Source of the DNA: Leucoraja erinacea
Lineage: Eukaryota
Assembly: GCF_028641065.1 (NCBI RefSeq)
Contig: NC_073386.1
Coordinates: 27,528,001-27,592,000 of the forward strand
DNA length: 64,000 nt
Reading direction: 5' to 3'
The notes beneath the pieces are model-generated. The model ran no database searches. It was given only the letters and a program-made list of their open reading frames with translations, and was not told where the DNA came from. Shown here in pieces: positions 58,928 through 64,000 of this stretch; position 1 is the stretch's first letter, and each line of letters opens with the position of its first letter. Position numbers and translations under genes: made by a program.

Positions 58928-59200
58928 GTTTAGTTTAGAGATACAGCGTGGAAACACTGCGGCGCACCGGGTCTGCGCCGACCAGCGATTCCCACTTTCC
59001 TACAACCACTAGGGAATTAACCTACGTCTTTGTAGTGTGAAGCAAAGATTATAGAGGATTATAATCTTTGGTGTGAAGATCTCAGAGAAACCCTACGGGG
59101 AGAAAGTACAAACTCTACCGACATCACCTGCAGTCGGGATCGAACCAGGGTCTCCGGCGCTGCATTCGCTGTAAGGCAGCAACTCTACCGTGACCACCGT
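58928..59200 (-). mobile_element. HE1/V-SINE-like SINE
   Basis: B box GGTTCGATCCC on -; (CTAAA)n tail. Confidence 0.75.
59043..59070. mobile_element. 28-bp palindromic hAT-like micro-element
   Basis: caaagattata-gaggat-tataatctttg; perfect 8-bp TSD GTGTGAAG. Confidence 0.75.
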
Positions 59201-59368
59201 TACTTTAGAAATTGACCAAACAAAAGCTGTGTCAGAAGAAAAGAGTTTAGGGAATGGAAACTGTTTCCATGTAGCCTCCCAGCAGTTGTCAGACACCTTC
59301 ATCTCTGAACCAGTCTGTGGGTTTCACTGCAGACAGACAATGAAATTGACAAGTAATTGCTTCTAATT

Positions 59369-59560
59369 AAACAAAATGCTAGAGTAATTCCGCAGGTCAG
59401 GCAACATCTCTGAGGAAATTCACTATGTGACGTTTCGGGTCGAGACACTTCTTCAGAGCTGAAACATCACTTATTCGTTTATACTGAGATGCTGCCTGAC
59501 CGCTGAGTTACTCCAGCATTTTGTGTTTATCTTCATTGTAAACCACCATCTGCAGTTCCT
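59369..59560. mobile_element. Penelope-derived palindromic element with a hammerhead core on - (59429-59456)
   Basis: CUGAAGA-AGUGUC-UC-GACCC-GAAA-CGUC; family arms present. Confidence 0.65.
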
Positions 59561-59915
59561 TTCACTTGCACTTTATGTGCAATGTCACGAATAAAACTGA
59601 TTGTATTGTATTCCTACACTGCTTCTATTGTCACTTGTGCAATTATACCTTATTAAACAATGTAACATGCATGAAACATACATAAACTTGGAGTTATTAA
59701 AAATACCTTACATTTTTATAATCCTGTGGGAGAAAACGCACTGCGAGTCTGAAACTCTTTGGCCCCATCCTCCTTTCCCCCGTTGACACAATTGTTTTTA
59801 ATAACACCATTTTCTATAAAGGTAGGTTTGTTAGCAATGCAACTATTGAGTTGTAGCAATAGTATTTATGGCCCATTTTTGATGTTGGTTTGATCTCTGA
59901 TCTTGTTTTTTTTTT

Positions 59916-60372
59916 AGATTGGATTAGATTCCTTTATTGTCATTCAGACCTTTCGGTTTGAACGAAATTATGTTGCCTGCAGTCATACACTGAACCAATA
60001 AAACAAAACATACAATAAACACAAATTAAAATCCACCACAGTGAGTTCACCAAGCACACCCTCACTGTGATGGAGGCAACGTCTTAGTCTCCGTCTTTTC
60101 CCTCCTTGTTCTCCCTCTGCGCTGAGGCGATCGATCCAGGCCGGAGATGCCGCCCTCCAGTCCAGCGGACCTCCGTGGTGATGTCGCCGCCGCCGAAAGC
60201 CAGAACGCCGTCTCCGCTCCGAGATGGCCCGCCACAGCATCAGCTCCAGGCAGCCGCCCCAGCTCCGGGTCCCGCAGTCTCCGCTCCGGGCTGCTGCCCC
60301 AGCTCCGGGTCCCGCAGTCTCCGCTCCGGGCCGCTGCAGTCTCCGCTCCGGGCCGCTGCAGTCTCCGCTCCA
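59916..60372 (-). mobile_element. GC-rich SINE-like element with Rex1-type tail and internal tandem repeats
   Basis: Homologous to 14104-14351; (gcagtctccgctccgggccgct)n at ~60255-60372. Confidence 0.55.
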
Positions 60373-61676
60373 AAATTGCACATTGCACATGTTCACAGCG
60401 ATGAGATTTTCCAAACATGCATGAATGTAAAACATTTGTTTTGTTTTGTTTGGGAAACTGTTGCCCCCTGTAAATTAATGTAGAATACTAATATTGCTGC
60501 CAACTCTGATTTATTGTTGTAATATTTTATCTCATTTTGTTTCCAAGCAACAATTGTCCTGATTGTATTTTGCCTCGCTTCAGTTGTCTTTTCCAATGGT
60601 GACATTACTGGAAGTTTGATCACTTAGATGTTATGACATTCAGAAATATATCTTAATTCAGTTCTGGTAGTTGAGTATTTGTGAATTGCACCAGACAATA
60701 TTTAATGAGGAGTACAATAATTAGGAGGACACCCATTTTCAATTTGTTGGTCCAACATATGTGTTTAGGTGCTATTTTGGATAGCTTGGTCTCATCCTAT
60801 GAATGTTCTTTCATTTATCTTATCTTCATGTACTTGCCTGGGTGAGTACAGTTCTAACACTCAACAAGCTCAGACCATTCAGGAGAAAGCAGCACACTTA
60901 ACATTTCATGCACCACTTCAAACCTCCACCTCCTCCCCAATTGGTGCATGTGCAACATGTATAGCACACACACAGGGCCTCCCAAACATGTGATCTCCAG
61001 TGCTATAAAAGAACAAGGTACCTAGAGCATGGAAATGCTACTACCTGCAGATACCCCCTTAAAATCACAAACCATTCTGATATGGAAGTACGTTGTTGTT
61101 CTTTAATTGTCATTGGGTTAAATATTCAGTCAACAATAGTTTGGGTTTATTTTCACCAGAAGGACTGAAGCAGTTAAATAATTCAGCAAATCACTAACTT
61201 CTTATGAACAGTAAAATATCCAATAAATATTGGTCCACTAACAATACGTAGATTTCATGGGGGAATAAAAGGAAACTTATCCAACTTTTATTTAATGTAT
61301 CTAAACTAATTAATTCAACCAATTCAGTTGAAAGTGAGTGGGATTCACTTTCTCACCAATCTCTAAAGTTTTTTTTCTTGACATATTTATTAGATTTATT
61401 ATTCTTTATTATTTTATTGTTTTTTTAGTTTATAAGCTCAAGATTTTGTCTTCCCCAGGTGTAACTAGCTGCCCAGAAATTATCCTCATAAGATACACAA
61501 AAATGCTGGAGAAACTCAGCGAGTGCTGCAGCATCTATGGAGTTTTTTGTTTTGAATAAAAAATGGGAAAATGGCAATTTCTTGGCCTTTTTGTGTCACT
61601 CCACTTAATATGAGGAAATTTGGACTAATTTGCGCCAGGAGTGAATATAACTGGGAACCATGATAATTAGTTCTTC

Positions 61677-63180
61677 ATAGAAACATAGAAATTAGGTGCA
61701 GGAGTAGACCATTCGGCCCTTCGAGCCTGCACCGCCATTCAATATGATCATGGCTGATCATCCAACTCAGTATCCCATGCCTGCCTTCTCTCCATGCCCC
61801 CTGATCCCCTTAGCCACATCTAACTCCCTCTTAAATATAGCCAATGAACTGGCCTCAACTACCCTCTGTGGCAGAGAGTTCCAGAGATTCACCACTCTCT
61901 GTGTGAAAAAAGTTCTTCGCATCTCGGTTTTAAAGGATTTCCCCCTTATCCTTAAGCTGTGACCCCTTGTCCTAGACTTACCCTAACATCGGGAACAATC
62001 TTCCTGCATCTAGCCTGTCCAACCCCTTAAGAATTTTGTAAGTTTCTATAAGATCCCCTCTCAATCTCCTAAATTCTAGAGAGTATAAACCAAGTCTATC
62101 CAGTCTTTCTTCATAAGACAGTCCTGACATCCCAGGAATCAGTCTGGTGAACCGTCTCTGCACTCCCTCTATGGCAATAATGTCCTTCCTCAGATTTGGA
62201 GACCAAAACTGTACGCAATACTCCAGGTGTGGTCTCACCAAGACCCTGTACAACTGCAGTAGAACCTCCCTGCTCCTATACTCAAATCCTTTTGCAATGA
62301 AAGCTAACATACCATTCGCTTTCTTTACTGCCTGCTGCACCTGCATGCCTACCTTCAATGACTGGTGTACCATGACACCCAGGTCTCGCTGCATCTCCCC
62401 CTTTCCCAATCGGCCACCATTTAGATAATAGTCTGCTTTCCCCGTTTTTGCCACCAAAATGGATAACCTCACATTTATCCACATTATACTGCATCTGCCA
62501 AACATTTGCCCACTCACCCAGCCTATCCAAGTCACCTTGCAGTCTCCTAGCATCCTCCTCACAGCTAACACTGCCCCCCAGCTTAGTGTCATCCGCAAAC
62601 TTGGAGATATTTCCTTCAATTCCCTCATCCAGATCATTAATATATATTGTAAATCGCTGGGGTCCCAGTACTGAGCCTTGCGGTACCCCACTAGTCACTG
62701 CGTGCCATTGTGAAAAGGACCCGTTTACTCCTACTCTTTGCTTCCTGTTTGCCAGCCAGTTCTCTATCCACATCAATACTGAACCCCCAATGCCGTGTGC
62801 TTTAAGTTTGTATACTAATCTCTTATGTGGGACCTTGTCCAAAGCCTTCTGGAAGTCCAGATGCACCACATCCACTGATTCTCCCCTATCCACGCTACTA
62901 GTTACATCCTCGAAAAATTCTATAAGATTCGTCAGACATGATTTATCTTCCGTAAATCCATGCTGACTTTGTCCAATGATTTCACCACTTTCCAAATGTG
63001 CTGCTATCCCATCTTTAATAACCGACTCTAGCAGTTTCCCCACTACCGATGTTAGACTAACTGGTCTGTAATTCCCCATTTTCTCTCTCCCTCCCTTCTT
63101 AAAAAGTGGGGTTACCTTTGCTACCCGCCAATCCTCAGGAACTACTCCAGAATCTAAAGAGTTTTGAAAGATTATTACTA
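61677..63180 (-). mobile_element. Young CR1 LINE, 5'-truncated RT
   Basis: ORFs 62282-63244 and 61978-62691: PEDWRVA, NYRPVSLTSVVGK, LDFQKALDKV, FADDTK; one frameshift. Confidence 0.95.
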
Positions 63181-63198
63181 ATTTTGAAAGATTATTAC

Positions 63199-63248
63199 TA
63201 GTACAGTACAGCACTGCACAGTACAGTACAGTACAGTACAGCACTGCA
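63199..63248. repeat. (CAGTA)n microsatellite
   Basis: Visible directly. Confidence 0.85.
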
Positions 63249-63764
63249 CCAGTGGCCCTATCAAGTAGGTCCCTTACCTACCTCTCATTCATTAGGCCCA
63301 CTGGACTGATCCCCATCTTCCTACAATGTCATGACCCTGTGATTTTTCCTGGAGCCATCCTTTAGTCTCCTGACACCATGATCAGTTGAGATCTTAAGTG
63401 TAAGTGTAGTGCTCTTCTTTGTTAAGATCATTAATCTGATTAATTTCTCTCCATTTCCCGACTCAAAGCCTAACCCCCCCCTCCATCAGCTCAAGGAAGA
63501 TATCTACAGTCCTCATTCCATCAGATGAAACACATCGCCACAACTTCCGGACCTGCGGAACAAGATTCTGATCCATCTTCACCCTATCATCACAATGGAG
63601 AAGGGCTACAATGCCTCTCTGGCTCCAAACCCAGACCCTGCCTCCACCTACTCAGCACAGGGCTCCCATTCCTCTTTCCCAACCCCGGCCACAGTCTAGG
63701 CACTATCAGTTCCATAGCCACCAATTGTGTCAACAAACATCGCCCCAAACCACTCGCTCGTGCT

Positions 63765-63990
63765 TTATCTCTCTCACTCTTCATTTTGCTCTCGCACTCT
63801 CGCACTTTCTCTCTCTCTCTCACACTTTCCCACATCCTCTCTCTTACTGTCTCATGCTCTCTCTCACTTGCTCTCTCTCCCTCATGCTCTCGTGATCGTA
63901 CTCTCTTGCTCTCACTTGCGCTCTCATTCACTCACTCTCTCACTCTCCTATTCCTTCGCTCTCCATATCTCTCATTCTCTCTCGAACAGT
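63765..63990. repeat. Degenerate (CT)n low-complexity tract
   Basis: Visible directly. Confidence 0.85.
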
Positions 63991-64000
63991 CTCGCTTTTT

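Noticed and set aside
58517-59012. Several 140-150 aa ORFs over the CpG island
   Set aside because: GC-rich, stop-poor sequence; the real coding part is the 41-nt MRPL55 exon 1.
59983-60483. Overlapping ORFs in a GC-rich patch as a possible gene or second promoter
   Set aside because: They lie within a SINE-like repeat with internal tandem repeats.
63590-63931. E/R/S-rich 113-aa ORF
   Set aside because: Translation of the (CT)n low-complexity tract.

Overview
Eukaryotic (vertebrate) genomic DNA, AT-rich and repeat-dense. The repeat families suggest a cartilaginous fish, probably a skate or ray: HE1/V-SINE-like tRNA SINEs, CR1 LINEs with (TTCTATGT)n-type tails, and Penelope-like elements (inference). 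Three protein-coding genes were reconstructed by hand with canonical GT-AG splice sites and consistent phases: (1) the last two coding exons of SPATA6 on + (634-1277); (2) a complete 14-exon SLC5A9/SGLT4 sodium-sugar cotransporter on - (15332-51906, 658 aa), whose exon 13 is present twice in a ~1 kb tandem duplication; (3) a complete 3-exon MRPL55 on - (53798-58758, 129 aa) starting in a CpG island. The rest is a dense mobile-element landscape: two Gypsy LTR elements, many CR1/L2 LINEs, SINEs, Penelope-like elements with minimal hammerhead-ribozyme motifs, Harbinger and Tc1/mariner MITEs, Helitron-like arrays and 28-35 bp hAT-like micro-insertions. There is one 140-N gap. The most notable observations are a domain-scrambled Gypsy element, the duplicated frameshifting exon, a 174-bp near-perfect palindrome in the last SLC5A9 intron, TSD-flanked palindromic hammerhead elements and the ultra-short hAT-like insertions. 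Gene names rest on my recall of the human proteins; no database search was run.
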